This document shows positions 9,671 through 24,700 of a stretch of 64,000 nucleotides of DNA, one piece after another. This stretch comes from Phoronis australis. Lineage: Eukaryota > Animalia > Phoronida. Within the stretch, counting starts at the first letter, position 1; each line of letters starts with the position of its first letter. Under the pieces are notes generated by a model. The model had not been told where the DNA came from. It saw only the letters and a program-made list of their open reading frames with translations, and did no database searches. A program made the translations under genes and the position numbers. Where the stretch lies: assembly GCA_002633005.1 (NCBI GenBank), contig NMRA01000530.1, positions 204,374 to 268,373 of the forward strand, given 5' to 3'.

Positions 9671-12589
9671 TCAAGAGCAGTTTTATTTCAAGGGATCCAT
9701 GTCTTTATTCTTTGCTCATCTCGAACATAGCTACTCAATGTGGTATAGAGAAATTGAAAAAACGTTTAGTATAAGACATGTTTTGTTAGCTAGTCTGGAC
9801 GTTGCATTTGCATTTAAAGAGGCCTGGAACAGACTAAATTGCAATATTGAAAGTGGTTCTCTGCCATTGAAACAGAATTCAACCAGCTCAACAGGTATTT
9901 TAGGGTTTTTTTCATAAAGATTTTTAATTTTTGTTGATAATAAAGCAACTTTCTTTTAGTTTTGAATTTCAAAAAACGATCTGTCACCTGCTCCCCACTT
10001 CGTCAGTTATTCTCACGCAAGGCAAAGCATGTCTCCTTTTTTGTATGACATGACATAGACGTAGCAAATTTCACTTATATGGAAATGTGACCTTTGATTT
10101 CAAGCGACTTCAACTGAAGGTATAATAAACTATACGTCAATAATTGTAGTGGAATGTCGTGGTTAACTGATCAAATACAAAGCTCAAAGAACAGAACTAA
10201 CGTTCTTGCATTGACAGTCTAGAGGCTAGGAATACATCGGAGTCGCTAGGTAAATATCTGGTCTATCGAGCACAGTCACATCGTTGAACTTGATCTGATT
10301 TTTACACATCTATCCAGATACATGTACACTCAAGTGCAGTTCCTCAGACTTCTGGGTTGTTATTAAAATGATTTTACGAAAAAATAATAATAAGTGGTGT
10401 TAAGCCCAGAATTCACTAGAAAGAATTGCATCTGGTTCTAAACACAAACCAATGGAAATTGGCGATAAAAACTATGAAAAACTTAGAACGACATAAAGAT
10501 AGATAGTTTTTTTTTTGGAAAATCTCACATACATGTACAAGCGTACAGCAAACAGCCAAATGCATAAAAAGTAAATACAAAAGTCAAATACAGGAGCACG
10601 AAATTATTTGAACGCAACAGTGAAACGCTGAGCAACAAATCTCGACTATGACTTTCCTTAAAAATTTGGAGCTTTCTGACATACATGTACATTGTAATTC
10701 TGTATTCCCCAATCCCCGGACTTAGGTTAGGTTGATATTAAGTTAGAGTAATGAACAGCTATGGTGCAACAATCACACGAACGATCACTCGCCATAACAC
10801 TATCCATGTAATTTGGCAGGTGTCAGTTATATGACTTACCTTTAGCCGTTTCAGTTCTAACCAAGTTAACTTCAGGACTGCCTGCAAGATCAATCAATGG
10901 AACAATGCGTACTTCTGATTTCCCCCTCGTTTCGAGGTCACCACAAAGCGGCGCTCACTGTCCTTGATAAACATGATCTTAGGGGGAACTCTGCAGGACT
11001 GAGTTTTTCACGGCAGTGCACACGTCACGTACTGGGCTTGCTGCCTTTCGTCAACTCCGCCGAAACTATGAAAAAATGAGGTGTTGTGTGCCGTTCCATA
11101 TCAAAGCCGCTACATCCACATAAACTTTATTCTGGTCTTGTATTTTGACCCTTTCACTTCCACCGAAATATGAAAGCGCCGAGCGAGACTCCGAAAAGTG
11201 TGGCAAAACGCATAATTGACAGTTTCCAGCACAAAACCATCGTGACCTCTTGCGAATACTCGACATAAGCCAACATTAGATTCATAACTCAAATTTCATA
11301 CATATTTCAAAAATGTGGCCGGAAATAAAAAGGGTTGATAATGCTGTATGTTTGGGGAATGGCCTAAGTGCAACCTTTTGCAAATCTAGTCCGCGTGCTT
11401 CTAAAATATAGACTTAAACACCTCTTACTCTCCCGCACAGTTATATGGGAAACTCACGCGAATTGGTTTGTTTATTGTAACTCATTGCGTATCCAAAATG
11501 GTGGACGAAATCGTACTGGTCATCTGGTCACGGAAGCTTTTTCTTTGTAACCTGATGCCGGGGCAATTAATTGTCTCGAACACTGCAGCCATGAATCCAA
11601 ACTCTAAAAATTCTAGTGTAGTTCCTTGACATTGGGTTCTTTATCGGTCAATCAAGAAGTTTACCCCCATCAAAAAGTAATTCTTAATAAAGGTTTGTCT
11701 ATCATAAAAGCTGTGGATAATGTCCTTTTCCGCAAACAAGACATACTGAGGATTGAGAACAACGTCGCATAAGCGATTTTTGGGACTTGACAGACTGATC
11801 CCACTATATTTAACCTCCTCTTGATCAATTAGTTTTGCTACTAGGATTGAAGTTCACCCCGGCGAACTGTTCCAAAAGCGTCTGTAGGTTGAGAAAGTGC
11901 GAATGACGCCGCAAACACATAAGACGAATGACTGAGCAGAAAAATAAACCTGGGATGCTTGGGGGATGCCGGAATCATGCTGACCGAATTCACGAGTTAC
12001 GTTAACCTATATAATGAAAACATATTGAATAACTTTTTACAGACTTCAACGTTCATTGATCTGATAAAATGTGGGGCCTCTCTCTGGTGAGGGATGAGTG
12101 GACTGCGAACTGCGAGACTGTTTTCAAATTTTGAAAAATGGCAAGGCTACTAGCCAATAATATTGCATTTTCCCTTTCACTATTTTTATTCAAAGTAACG
12201 CAAACCATGCACACCAAAGGCATAGTCGCGTTAGTTTTTCGAACACGACCACCGAGTATGCATGTATTTATGCCCATGTGCCTGTATCGGGGATAATGCG
12301 TCGTATATAGATTAGATTAAAATAGTTTATTTCTTCAAAGCCCTTGTGCCCACAAGACATCAGTATAATGAAAAAATCTTACATGATAGGTGTGCCCATA
12401 GATACTTACACACTCACCATTTGATTTCTTATTTCATATGCTTTGATAATAAATGTTGCCAGGTTTTAAGATAAATATATAAAAAATAATTGCAGGCAGT
12501 CTGATACACATTGTACCAGACGTGCGCAGGCCTCGCATGTGGGCCCATTGCACTGATCACCTGGAAATATGTTTATGCTTTATTAATAC

Positions 12590-12717
12590 ATAGTTAAAAC
12601 CGAGCTGAGGAGCTAGAAATTTGGCTCAAGGGTTTAGCAGTGTGACCTGGTGGGACTTGAAACCACGACTTCGAGTTAAGAAAGCGGGCACTTATCAACC
12701 AGGCCACACTGCCTCCT
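12590..12717 (-). mobile_element. tRNA-derived SINE head
   Basis: Minus strand GAGGCAGTGTGGCCTGGTTG (A box), GGTTTCAAGTCCCACCAGG (B box), then CCCTTGAGC SINE-body motif; no complete cloverleaf. Confidence 0.65.
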
Positions 12718-12719
12718 CA

Positions 12720-13400
12720 GGTTTTAAGATGGTGTCCTAATCTTTATTAAAGAACATTTGTTAATTATAACTAATAATAGATCTTTGTTTCAAGTAATTA
12801 CGTCTGAGACCGGCTAAAACTTGAAACAAAAAGACTCTATATGGCTTCTGCTTCTGACTGATTACAAATAGAACACAATCTTTGGGGGATACCATTTCTT
12901 CTGCCCAGTTCTATATTAAGTTGATTGGTTGAAAACCTTATGCTCGCTATCACAAAAACATGACCACGTGACAAATTTTCGAACAAGCACATGTATTTCT
13001 CACAAACCAGCTCTGACTTGATTGAATAGTAGAAATTACAATTCTCCATGCTTTCAATAGGTGGCCAACCATTTTTGAAAATTGAAAATGTTAATCTTTG
13101 CTTGAGTTCATACATAAATATCTGTTCATCACCGACCTCCTGGTATAGTCATACATATCAAGTGTCGGTGGTGAATAATTATGGGTTTTTACTCTAGTAC
13201 ACCAGTTTTCCTTCCCAATTATATTCGTAATACACAGAAGTAGTAGGATTGCTTTGGTAGTCTTTTACTACCCATTTTGAGTGACTTATTTCAACTATAA
13301 TTATAAATGATAAATAACAGGCTTACACATGGTGATGCTATGTTGTACAACCCAAATTCACCTCGAGCCATTTGTTTTACTACCAGTAAGCAGTGGTTTT
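12720..13400 (-). mobile_element. LINE (CR1/L2-group) ORF2 3' fragment
   Basis: ELKQRL...YSIK..EKY...RFSTNQLNIELGRRNGIPQRLCSICN is the typical C-terminal zinc-binding region; upstream ARGEFGLY motif. Confidence 0.8.
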
Positions 13401-15199
13401 ACTGAAACGTTTCGCGTATGACGCATGCGCTTTAAACTCCGGACACAAGCACAAACTAACATATAGGCACATCAACCTACACTCCTCTATCCCAGTGATA
13501 CAAGAGGTAGCACTGCGGTTTGTTCATATAGCATGAGTTCTTGTTGCTTAAGAGTACGAAGTGACGTTCGGACTTTCGATTGGCTGGAATATAACATCCA
13601 AACATCCGGATGTTGAAAAATGTTGTAGCATACTGCATCATCTATTGCAAATTTCTTTACAGCCGATTGCGCCAATTAAACCAATCAATGCATTCCACAC
13701 AAGTTAGATAATTATCAAAACGTCAAAGAAAACAACAAAACGATTTTTGACAAAGGCAAAGAAGTCGTGAGTATATGTAATAACAAATTTATGAACGAAC
13801 TTGAACCATGTGCGGAATTTTTAAATTTTAAATAGCACACTTAATAGTGAGACAACTTCTACGCTAACGTTTGGTGTTTTATTACCCTCAACGCCTAAGC
13901 GAGTTTAGGACTAACCCGTGGCTTTAGATTTGCTTCTGAAAAAAATCTATTCGTTAATTTCTCCCATAACACATCGATTTTAATAGTTTCTTTTCAATTT
14001 TAAAAATAGTCATGTTGTCCGTTTGCCTTACTTATTGTTAGTTTTTTCACTTTAAAACTGTTATGCTAAGCAGGCGGATTGGTTACGCCCGCAGTAATCT
14101 CTTCCAATACACATTCGGCCAAGCCCATGAATATCCAAAAGCTTACTTCAATCTGTGACTGTGCTAAGGAATTCGCTGGATACACTGGGATGAACAGTGC
14201 ACGCTTTCTTGTCCTCTTGCATGCATATCCTGTTAGTGTCAGATTTGCATAATGTATTATTTTTTATTGTGGGAATATAGATGCTAACAAACTAGCATCA
14301 AGGGCTCTGCTTCATGAAAGTGACTTAATACTGAAAAATGGGATTACAGTCCCTCTTCACAATTGGTGAAAACAAGTTCAGCCATGTAGTTTAGAGCGCA
14401 TCACAGACTGGATATGATTTACACATTTTTTCACTAGTAGTGTATATTCGCAGAGAATTGGCACAAGTGAGACACAATTATTTTTAAGGAATAGTTGTGT
14501 GGCCCGTACGACCAAATTTCATAAAACAAGACTTTAGGAAGACAGCACCAGAGCTACAAGCACACACTGAAAACTATCGTGTGAGACACTGTAATACTGC
14601 TCCATGTGAAAGTTTCAATCAAACAAGAGAGAGAATTGAGAACCACTGTATCCTTAGCGCCCAACAAAGCAGAACTACCGCTTTCGTCTGTTCAAATACC
14701 AACTGATATTTTCTCCTGTTTCGGTCATCTTTGGGCGTGAAGAACGAACAACATGAAATAAAAAAATAAGTTGATGAAGCATATCGAAATGGATGTATGA
14801 AGTTCTTCTTACGTAGCATTGTTTTTTATTTTGTTTTGCTCAACCAAACAAAAGGAAATGCTGTTTTAACTCAATCGTGTGACGTGTTGTGTTGTGCTAT
14901 TGTATGAATGACTAGCAAACACAGAGTACCATGCCTTCTTCCACCCCCACGAACCGCTCAGGTGGTGCTGTTGATTACATTTATTCCCATGAACACAATT
15001 ATTTTCTCACAAACTGCTTTTACCACGAACTGCTGTTTTATTCTCACGAGGTGTATTACTCACAACTGTAGCTCTACTTATAGTTGATAATAAAAAGGTA
15101 ATTGTTTGTAAAAAAGCGAAATTATGGTTCATAAAAGAAAAGGATTAATAAAACCAACGTTTCCCTTTTTGACTAATGAAGCCGCTGGATCCCCTGCTG

Positions 15200-16700
15200 A
15201 GTTTCAAAAAACTTTCCAAGAACCTTGGTTAGTTGGCGTACATGAAGTTGTACAAAACTCGGAGCCAAATGAAGTTTGACAACCCGTGTAAGTCTGATAA
15301 TTATAGATGGTAATCTATGAAGTATTGGAAGTAACTATTTCTAGTGTACAACGTGCTGTCGCCGAACGCGTAACTTGCAATTCTGCAGACAACAGACGCA
15401 ACAGTTTGACTGACGTGACGCCAGCAAACCAGAGTAAGAATTAAGGATTTTGTCATTTCAGTCCATGTGCCCGTGTCAGCACGCAGCTCTGTAGTAACTT
15501 ACTTTGTATTTGTGGAAACGATTACCAGAACAGTCGTAGGTCATCTCCCGACAATGCATGTTGATGACTTTTCATACGCTTTGTTGGATTGCGTTAATGC
15601 TCATGATCGTTGACCACAACGTTTTTAATTTGACGAACCGCCATAAGCAACCTCTCCGCTTCACAACTTAGTGATGGGTATCCCCAGGAAGAGATAACCA
15701 TTCCTGGTGTCACACAGTTGATCTGCAGTAATACCTGCACATTCACCAACTGTTCCTCCGGACACTGCTTTAATAGCGAAAATAATTAATGTAGGGACCA
15801 CCGATATCCTTCAATCTTGCTCGCCATATCTCACACTCCGCCGTAAGGTATTTCTAGACTCTCCACAATCGAAGGCAGTTCATTGAGATACGTTTTTAAT
15901 TAATGTCAGATGGTAAAAGTGAAATACAGACAGCTGTGGTTGATTGACCGTTCTTGAATATTTAAAACATTTATTGTACTCTAGATACGCAGAGATACAG
16001 TGTGCTTTTTGCCTTGTCGTCTGCAATTATTATACTAAATGAGCATCATTCGTCGATGATTTGTTCTTGAAATAGATTTCTTAAATGTCGTTTGGAATGG
16101 TGTTCGAGAAATACGTCGCATTTGTCGGACAACTGTTCTGAATTGTCTTCAACTTCTCGTCAGCAAACAAAATCAGTTCTTTTAAATTTCGTATCATAGT
16201 CTGAAGGGCATTGTTTTTCTTTTCTTATTCATTTTGACGATGTCACGGCTGCAAATTCTGAAATAAAGATCTTCCCTTTTGTAATCGTTGAGTGTAAGCG
16301 GCAACAGCAGCCTTGTGATACGGATTTGATTTGTGTCTTGGCAAAATCCTGTCTTTTGCGAGGGCTCTTCAAAAATTATTAAACGGTTTTTACATTAGCA
16401 CCGCGAATTGACAGCCGCGCCTGATAGACGTAGTGACCAATAACACAAACTGTGAAAAGTAACCACCATTCTTTCTCTTAGAGTAAACAAGACATGAAAA
16501 AATATCGAACCAATTAAATTTGCTGTTTGTTTCTGCTGCCGATTTGGAAAAAATTAAGTTTTATTCGGGTAAAATGCGTCTTCATAATTCTCACGACTTC
16601 TCGTCTTTTATATTTGTCCAATTAAATGTTCCTACTCGTGCGTTGGAATAACTGCAGTCCACTATGTCCTCCTTAAAGTCACTAGATTCAGCTCATTCGC
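15200..16700 (-). mobile_element. Heavily degenerate hAT transposase (PRKRIR/THAP12/ZMYM1-like, TTF zinc finger + DUF4371)
   Basis: Remnants KFNWFDIFSCLVYSKRKNGGY..FVL (TTF finger), QNL(Q)P*HRQ (LRGH region) and YFSNTIPNDI (YTSxxIQNE region). Confidence 0.65.
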
Positions 16701-17237
16701 AACTTCATGTTGTGCGACTGGGGTTTCTACACAACACGAAGCTGACAAATTCGTAGCATGAGAACACGTCGCTATTCCAGGTGTTTCAGCTGCTGCCTTA
16801 TTAGCCTTTTCGTCTGAAGGCTTTGTTTCTTTTCAAAAATGTTTCCAAGGCGGACAGTCATTGGTTACTTTATTCAGCGTGCATTTTGAGAGTTTGAGAC
16901 CACCGGCGCAGGAAGCATAATTAGATCCCCATTTTAATTGTTAAAACATTTAGACGGTGTAATAGTTGTATCTTTTAGCGTAAAGGAGATTCCCGCCAAA
17001 GATTAGTAGTCATCTCGAATACTTAACCGAAGTACTCTGGGGATTTAAAAACATTACTACGTTAATATATGAGCCTGACTCACTGTTGATTGAACCAACA
17101 ACTCATGATCAAGCCATGGGCAATGCGTACACGCGCCAGTGTCGTATTCTCGACTGCACCTGTTACACGACATCAATGGTAACCGTAGCTAATTCATGTG
17201 GATCAGAAAAACGAAACAAAAACGATACGTGTGAAAG

Positions 17238-17310
17238 CATAGGCGGATTTAGGGGGGGGGCCCAGGGGGCCCGGGCCCCCCCCCCTTGGCTGCNTGGGGG
17301 GCTCAGATCC
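17238..17310 (+). mobile_element. hAT-type G-rich terminal sequence, interrupted by an N gap
   Basis: CATAGGCGGATTTAGGGGGGGGGCCCAGGGGGCCCGGGCCCCCCC; N at 17294; same family as 2273. Confidence 0.55.
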
Positions 17311-19596
17311 AATTTCAAGTGTCACATTCGGAACACGGCTCAATCGTAACGAAACTATGGCTAAGTTTAGGCTCTCTCGCGATATCCCGGGCGACCGGCA
17401 GTGTCGCTGCGCACTGCGACTCCGTTTCCGTCGTCTGCTTCATTGTGCAATGAAGAAAATTACTTCATTTTTTAAAGAAAATGGAATTTGAGTGACGATG
17501 AAAAAACAGAACCTGCTGGTAAGATGCGAATTTTAATCGAAGCCTTTGTGAATCACTCAGAAACTCATAATTCTCTCTTTGTTAAACATTATAAGACGAT
17601 TTCCAAAACAATCACGTCATTAATGCCAACACAAAAAAACGGATTTGGTCTTTTGGACAATTGAAGACTATTTTGAATACGACAAATTTGTTACGAACCG
17701 ATTGCACAAAATATAAAAGGTGAAATAAGCATTACATAATGAAGTAGGTTTCGCGCGCAAACGCTGTGGACCATAAACAAATACATATGTAGGTCTCTTA
17801 TTACCATACTGCGAGTGAAATCGTGGTGGTGCACTGGTAAAGCATGCGCGCACTATCCGCCAGGTCGTGAGTTCGAGTCTTTAGAAATTTCAGTTTTTCA
17901 TGTTTGACACGTTCTCCGCGTTTTTTCTTTGCCTTGTGGTTTGCAGATAAAGATGACATTAAAGCGCCATATTTTAGTGCAATCTGCCAATTAGTTTGTT
18001 ACTCTTATCGTATATTAACGATATTTGGTTTCGCGTGTCTGACTGTAGGCAGGTTTGTACTATACAGCACTGTACTGTGAAGATCTGCACCATTTTCTGA
18101 TCAATCGGGATTAAATTAGAATGGAATCGTAAAAGATGTATAGAGACAATGAAATCAGGACTCAATCTTGGTGCAGTTAGGACTGAAATTATTTAAATAA
18201 CAACCCTAGCAGCTACTCCATATTCAACAAACAATAGCCTATTCATTTACACTTACAAATGTGTAACTTTTTAAAATAACAAGCTCATGTCGAAGGATCT
18301 GTGAATCGATTAGCATATCGGTCATATTTTTCCATAACCGAAGATTTTCTGGTGACAACTTTTGATCCAATGTAATTTCTCACAGAAATCGTGGGAAGAT
18401 TTAGAATCAAGGTGGCGGAATCTCAGTCTTGTGACGTCACACTGTATGGCCCTATTGCTCGGAATGTTGGTTAATTTTTGAAAATTCGAATTATACTCTT
18501 TGAACAAGTCCTCTTCTGACTGATGGTGTTGTGTTGCAAAAACCAAAGGAATTTTCACTAGGCTACATGTAATTAAAAATGACTTGTAGACACTGCGACA
18601 TAAAAATTACAAGTGTATAACCAGTAGTTTGGTATTGCAAAGCTGTATGTAACAACAGGATTGAGAACGAAATCATGATAATGTTACTTAGAGGTCTGAA
18701 GTGTCCAGGTCATTACATTAGTGAACCGGTTCAAAGCGAGGAAAAACAACTCTTGTTCCCGATTTAGAAGCACACAAAACTTTATTAGACACAACCGTAA
18801 AGCAATAACAAAATAGTTGATATTACACACTCATAGGAAAGTCAAGGGCCCTGTCATTCCCATGTAGTTCTTAGAACGGACTCGCACAGGGAGGAAAAGG
18901 GAGTGGGAACCGACATTGTGTTGTCGCATTCTAAGCATGTTTTTACCAAAGTTGACCGTTTTCACCATGCCTAGCCTGTTTCTGCGAAGTATTACTGGCT
19001 TCCGTGAACGCACTTTAATCTGTTATTTTGTATGTTTTGAACTACATGTAGCCATGTAGTCTCAATAATACTTTAGCAACAAAACTAAGAAAAAAGGGTT
19101 CAATCACCGAAATGAAGGCTCGTAAAATGGTACGCAGTAGCCGTTTCGCGCCATAACGTTTAACCTCGAGAATACAGAAGGAGGAAAGAATGGCCGAAAG
19201 TAGTCGTTGTATTGAAGAGGAGTCTGAGTAGAACACCATATAAGTATTCCCGCGGTGACATGGACCGACATAACCAAGTGAGCCTAACCTTTCATTACGT
19301 TTGGCAATAAATGACCTTGGTGAATTCAAGATGATGCTCTGAACATGATTGTAGCAATCAAATTCAAGTGATTGTGTTACCGTTCAAGGCTTTAATGCGA
19401 GTTCGGAAGTTCTGAGAACATTTTTGGTGTGACAGGGCCTAGTATGAAATTAGACATAAACGTTATCATATACATGTAGGTCAAGTATATCGTTCAAATC
19501 TTTTAACACATGTAGAATTTAGTTTGTGATGTAAATGACACTGATAATGAAATGATTGGTTTATGAAACTGCTTAGGAGAGGTCCGTTATAAGCCC

Positions 19597-19600
<4 letters not shown>

Positions 19601-19676
<76 letters not shown>
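19601..19676. repeat. (AC)n microsatellite, ~38 units
   Basis: Perfect AC run. Confidence 0.99.
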
Positions 19677-19681
<5 letters not shown>

Positions 19682-21730
19682 TATAGAACGAGGCCAAACT
19701 GACGCTCTCTTATCTATATAATCTGTTTTGACGATAGCAAACAATTGTTATGCTGATAAGGAAAGATTTTCATCTTTGATTCAGCTATTCCATTAATTGA
19801 ATATTAAGGCAGTGAGTAGGGAGGGCACGGCGTTTTAAAAGCAACTAATGGGTCGTCAATTAAGACGCGCAGTTCGTGTAAGCATGTATATACAGTTTGA
19901 ATTTCAATTTTTAAAAACAGACGTTTATAGAACGTATAACAAAGTTTTTGTCCGACCGGTCGAAAACGAGACGGCGACTATTGGTCGTCGATGACAATGG
20001 CAAATAAATGTTTGCACAGACTAGCTCTCTCATTCTCTGCTTTCATTTGATAAGCTCACGTAATCCAGCAATTATGTTGTAAACAGAGCGCCTGACGCTA
20101 GCTGATATTTAAAAATACTTTTTGCAAATGACTTTCAACAAATGTCATGAAGCAGATGTGTTTTGCATGAAATACTTCACCAAAAAACTTATAGAGAAAA
20201 ACTGTTGAATTTTAGAGACATATGACTCAACTTTCACCTGTTGATTCCTTTGTGCGACCGTAAGCTCTGACCAGCTTAACAACAGCATTGTGTACCATCA
20301 CATAAGGCTGGCTTGACAAGTCTAATGGAGCGTGATTCTAAATTAGCCTGTGATAGTGGGATTTTTTTCAATTTTTACACTCCAGGAGAACGGTACATGT
20401 ATGTAAAGAAATAGGTGGTTGTTCTGCTTAGCCTTAGCAAACTACATTATTTTTGAAAACAGCTGTTGTCGTGCCACTAGCAGGGTAATTTGCTGCTTGT
20501 CCCGCATTCCCAATCCAAGTTACAACCGCAGCTGTGACTGAGCAACCGTGATTCATTCTCGGGATCTGCCAATTAGCTAGCCAGCCAACTAGCTGTAGGA
20601 ATACTAGCAGCAAAATACAACTATATGTAGAAGTCGATGTTTGTAAATTTTATTCAGACCTAATAATTTCGCAGCACCTCAGTAGTTCTGCTTGTGACCG
20701 TATTAACATGTAGAGATAAAGAATGAACGGAGTACTTGCCCAACGTGAGCTCACAAATGACGTTTGTCGTTTGCTATGTATTAAAAACGACCACTGCCTG
20801 CATGGAAATTATCTTTTTAAAATATGATCGACATATGATCCATATCCCAAATTTAGCCTCCTTTGACGAATTGATTATCTGATAAAATCATCAAATCAAG
20901 CAATTTCTGAATTTCATACTCCACCCCGAAAATGTGCTCTGCCTCGGTCACACCTCTGTGGTCTGAAAACCAACATATTGATCTCGGTGAAAGAAAATGG
21001 TTGTATATCAGCAAGTCTTTTGCGTGAAAGATTCTCACGATGAAGTCAAATTTCACCACCTAAGAACTAAATTATGAATCGAATTACATGTCCGTATGTT
21101 ATCTATTGTATGTTATCAATGTGACAACCGCCCTGCAGTGCACTTTAAAAACAACAGCTGCGCAGCAGATGAAATCCCCCATATTAGTGAACCAAATTAT
21201 TTTCGTTTTAATTTTAGTATATTCAGGATATTTACTAATTTATTTATTGACGTATGCGCTCAAAAGTACATGGCTAAATGTTTATTCAGCAGTTGTTAAG
21301 TGGTAGCCACATTTCTCTTTTAGATTTCAGCCACTAATCTTAAAAATCCGTCGAGGTATTGAAAATTAAGCTACATTATTATTCAGAAAATATGACGTGA
21401 CCCATAAACTATAAAAATATACATGCGAAGACACACACACGCACGTGCGCACGCACGCACAAACACTTGCAAACGCACACCTATTTGTTTCTGATAAACT
21501 TAGCTTTTACCATCAACCTCAACATTTGAAACTGCAAAGTTCACCAGTGTCTAGATTCGTAACTGAAAGCACATATGGTGTTCAGGCAACTTGAGTTTCC
21601 AACCACTCAATCAATTTCCGAGACTGGGGCGTAGTGCTTATACATGTATGAACAGAACATTCTGTCACAAGACTTTAAGCCATTTCTAGCTTTAATAGTC
21701 CGGAATAGGTAATGAGCTTATAGATTTATT

Positions 21731-24700
21731 CTAAAATATAGACATACTTCGATTGTTTAAATTCCCCTGAGATAAGTTTATTTTTGGCTGTGTTCTATCG
21801 TCTGCCATGTCTACACTTGACTGAACTTTATGCCATATCATCTGCGACTCATGAAAGCTCTCATAAGCTAACCTTTCTTTCTTCAAATGCTTGTACATTT
21901 CACTCTTTTTAGATAAACAAATCGCAATTTCAGGATGATTGGAGTCATTTCTGTAGACCCTTGACCATTCCCTCAACGATTTGTCGTAGTGCTCTGCGGC
22001 TTCTTCGAATTTTCCCATGTCTTCGAGCTCGTTTGCAATCTGATACAAACATTCTGCGATACTAGCGTGATTTTGATTGTGATGAATCTTCCTCAGTGTT
22101 TCTAAACATTGCTGAAATTTCTTTTCAGCTTCTTGGTGTTTGTCCATTTTGCTGCAAACACGTCCTATGCCATGTAAGCACGATACAATGTGAGGATTAC
22201 CCAATTTTCCGTAAATTTTCTTCATAAAACGTAACGATTTTTGGTAGTAGCTCTCGGCCAATGGGTATTCTCCCAGCTCATAGCAAACATTGCCAGCGTT
22301 ATGCAAACAGAAGGCTACTTCAGGATGAGGTACATCACCGTTAATACGTTTCATCATGTCCAACGAATCTTGGTAGTATTTTAAAGCCACGTTTTTCTCG
22401 CCTTTTTCACTATACACGTTCCCAATGTTGTTCAACCTGGATGCAATTTCGGGATGATCAATGTCACCGTAAATTCTTTTCACCATTTCCATCGAGTCTT
22501 TGTAGTATCGTAAGGAGGAGTCGACCTGACTCATTCGACTGTGCACACTAGCAATGTTGGACAAACTCGATGCAATGTCGGGATGATCTATATTTCCAAG
22601 AATCCTCTTCCTCATTTCCCAAGACTTTTCAAAGTATTCCAAAGCTGACGTGTACTTACCCATGTCATAATACACACCCCCAATGTTGTTTAAACACGAT
22701 GCAATTTCACTGTGGTCTTCTACACCATAAGTGGTGTGCATTACTTGCAACGATTCTGTCAGGTGTTGCAATGCTGACGCATGCTGACCCATCGTGTTAT
22801 ACACATTTCCAATGTTATTCAAACAAGGTGCTGTCTTAGCTTGATGTCCATCACCGGGAAGTCTTTTCCACATACTGAGCGCATCTTTGTAGTGTTTTAA
22901 GGCTAGCTCGTACTCATTCATCTTCATGTACATACTTCCAATGTTGCTAAGACTGGATGCAATGTCGGTGTGATCGATATCTCCAAGAATCCTCTTCCTC
23001 ATTGTCCACGATTCCACGAAGTATTGCGTGGCTGAAACGTAATCACCCATCTCGCTGTACACACTTCCAATGTTATTCAAACACGACGCTATTTCATGGT
23101 GATCTGCGCCATAGCTCATTTTCATTAAATCAACCGCTTGCTTGAGTTGTTGTAAGGCTATGACGTGCTTACCCATCTTGCTGTACACATTTCCAATGTT
23201 ATTCAAACAAGATGCTATGTGAGCTTGATTTCCATCACTGGGGAGCCTCCGCCACATATTCAGCGCATCTTGGTGATATCGTAAAGCTGATTCGAAGTCA
23301 TTTAACTCACTGTATACATTACCAATGTTACAGGAACACGAAGCGATATCACGGTGGTCAGAACCATGAGCAATCCTCTTTCTCATGGCTATGGACTGGT
23401 TATAATATTCCAATGCTTGTTTGTATCTTTTCATCTCTTGGTATGCATTACCGACGTTATTAAAACCTGACGCAATGTCAGGATGATCACTTTCGCCGTG
23501 AATTCTTTTCAGCATGTTCAAAGAGTCATGGCAGTACCGCAAAGCTGACTCGTATTCACCCATGCCAATGTATGAACTACCAATGTTATTCAAAAATGAT
23601 GCAATTTTAGGGTGATCTTCACTATAAACCCGTTGCATTAAATGCAACGATTCTTCGTGGTGCTGTAAGGCTAACGCATTCCTGCCCAGGCTGTTATACG
23701 CAGTGCCAATGTTACTCAAACAAGCTGCGATGTCAGCTTCATTCTCATCAGCAGGATGGTTGTGCCACATATCTAGGGCCTCTTGGTAGTATTGCAAAGC
23801 TGACTCATACTCATTCATCTCATTGAACCCATTACCGAGATTACTGAGGCATGATGCAATTTCAGAATAATTTGTTTCTCCTTCAGCACTCTTCATTAAA
23901 CGCAATGATTCTTGGCAGTGTTCTATGGCTAAATCAAATCGTTGCATTTTGAAGTATGTACTCCCAATATTATTCAAGAGAGGTGCAAACTCTAGACTAT
24001 CTGTATCGCCGTGAATTCTTTTCTTCATACTCAATGAGTCTTGAAAGTATTTTAAAGCCAGATCGTATTGACCTTTGTCACTGTACACGGTTCCAATGTT
24101 GCTCAAACACGATGCAATTTCCGGGTGTTCTTCCCCATAACTCTTTTGCATTAAGCGCAACGATTCGTTGAAATGCTGTAAGGCTAGCGCATGTTTACCC
24201 GTCTTTCTATACACATTGCCAATGTTATTCATACAGGGTGCTGCTTCTGTTTGATTTCCATCACTGGAAAGTCTTTGCCACATACTGAGCGCGTCTTGGT
24301 AGTGTCGCAGTGCTGACTGATAGTCAACTAATTCACTGTACACATTACCAATGTTACTTAAACACGACGCGATGTCACGATGGTCAGCGTCTCCAGCCAT
24401 CCTCTTTCTCATATCTAAAGACACTTTATGTTGCTCCAGCGCTTGTTTGTATTTTCTCATCAATTGATATACATTACCAATGTTATTAAATGCCGACGCA
24501 ATATCAGGATGATCATTTTCACCGTGAATCCTTTTCATCATGGTCAATGAGTCTTGATAGTACTGCATGGCCGATTCGTATTTACCCATATCACTGTACG
24601 CACTACCAATGTTGTTTAAACACGACGCAATTTCAGGGTGATCATCAGTGCCATAAGCTTTTTTCATCAAATTCAACGATTCTACGAGGTGCTGTAGGGC

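Noticed and set aside
12630-12717. Possible tRNA gene
   Set aside because: A/B boxes are present but stems are incomplete and it runs into a SINE body.
19481-19744. ORF with a long CVCVCV run
   Set aside because: Translation of the (AC)n microsatellite.
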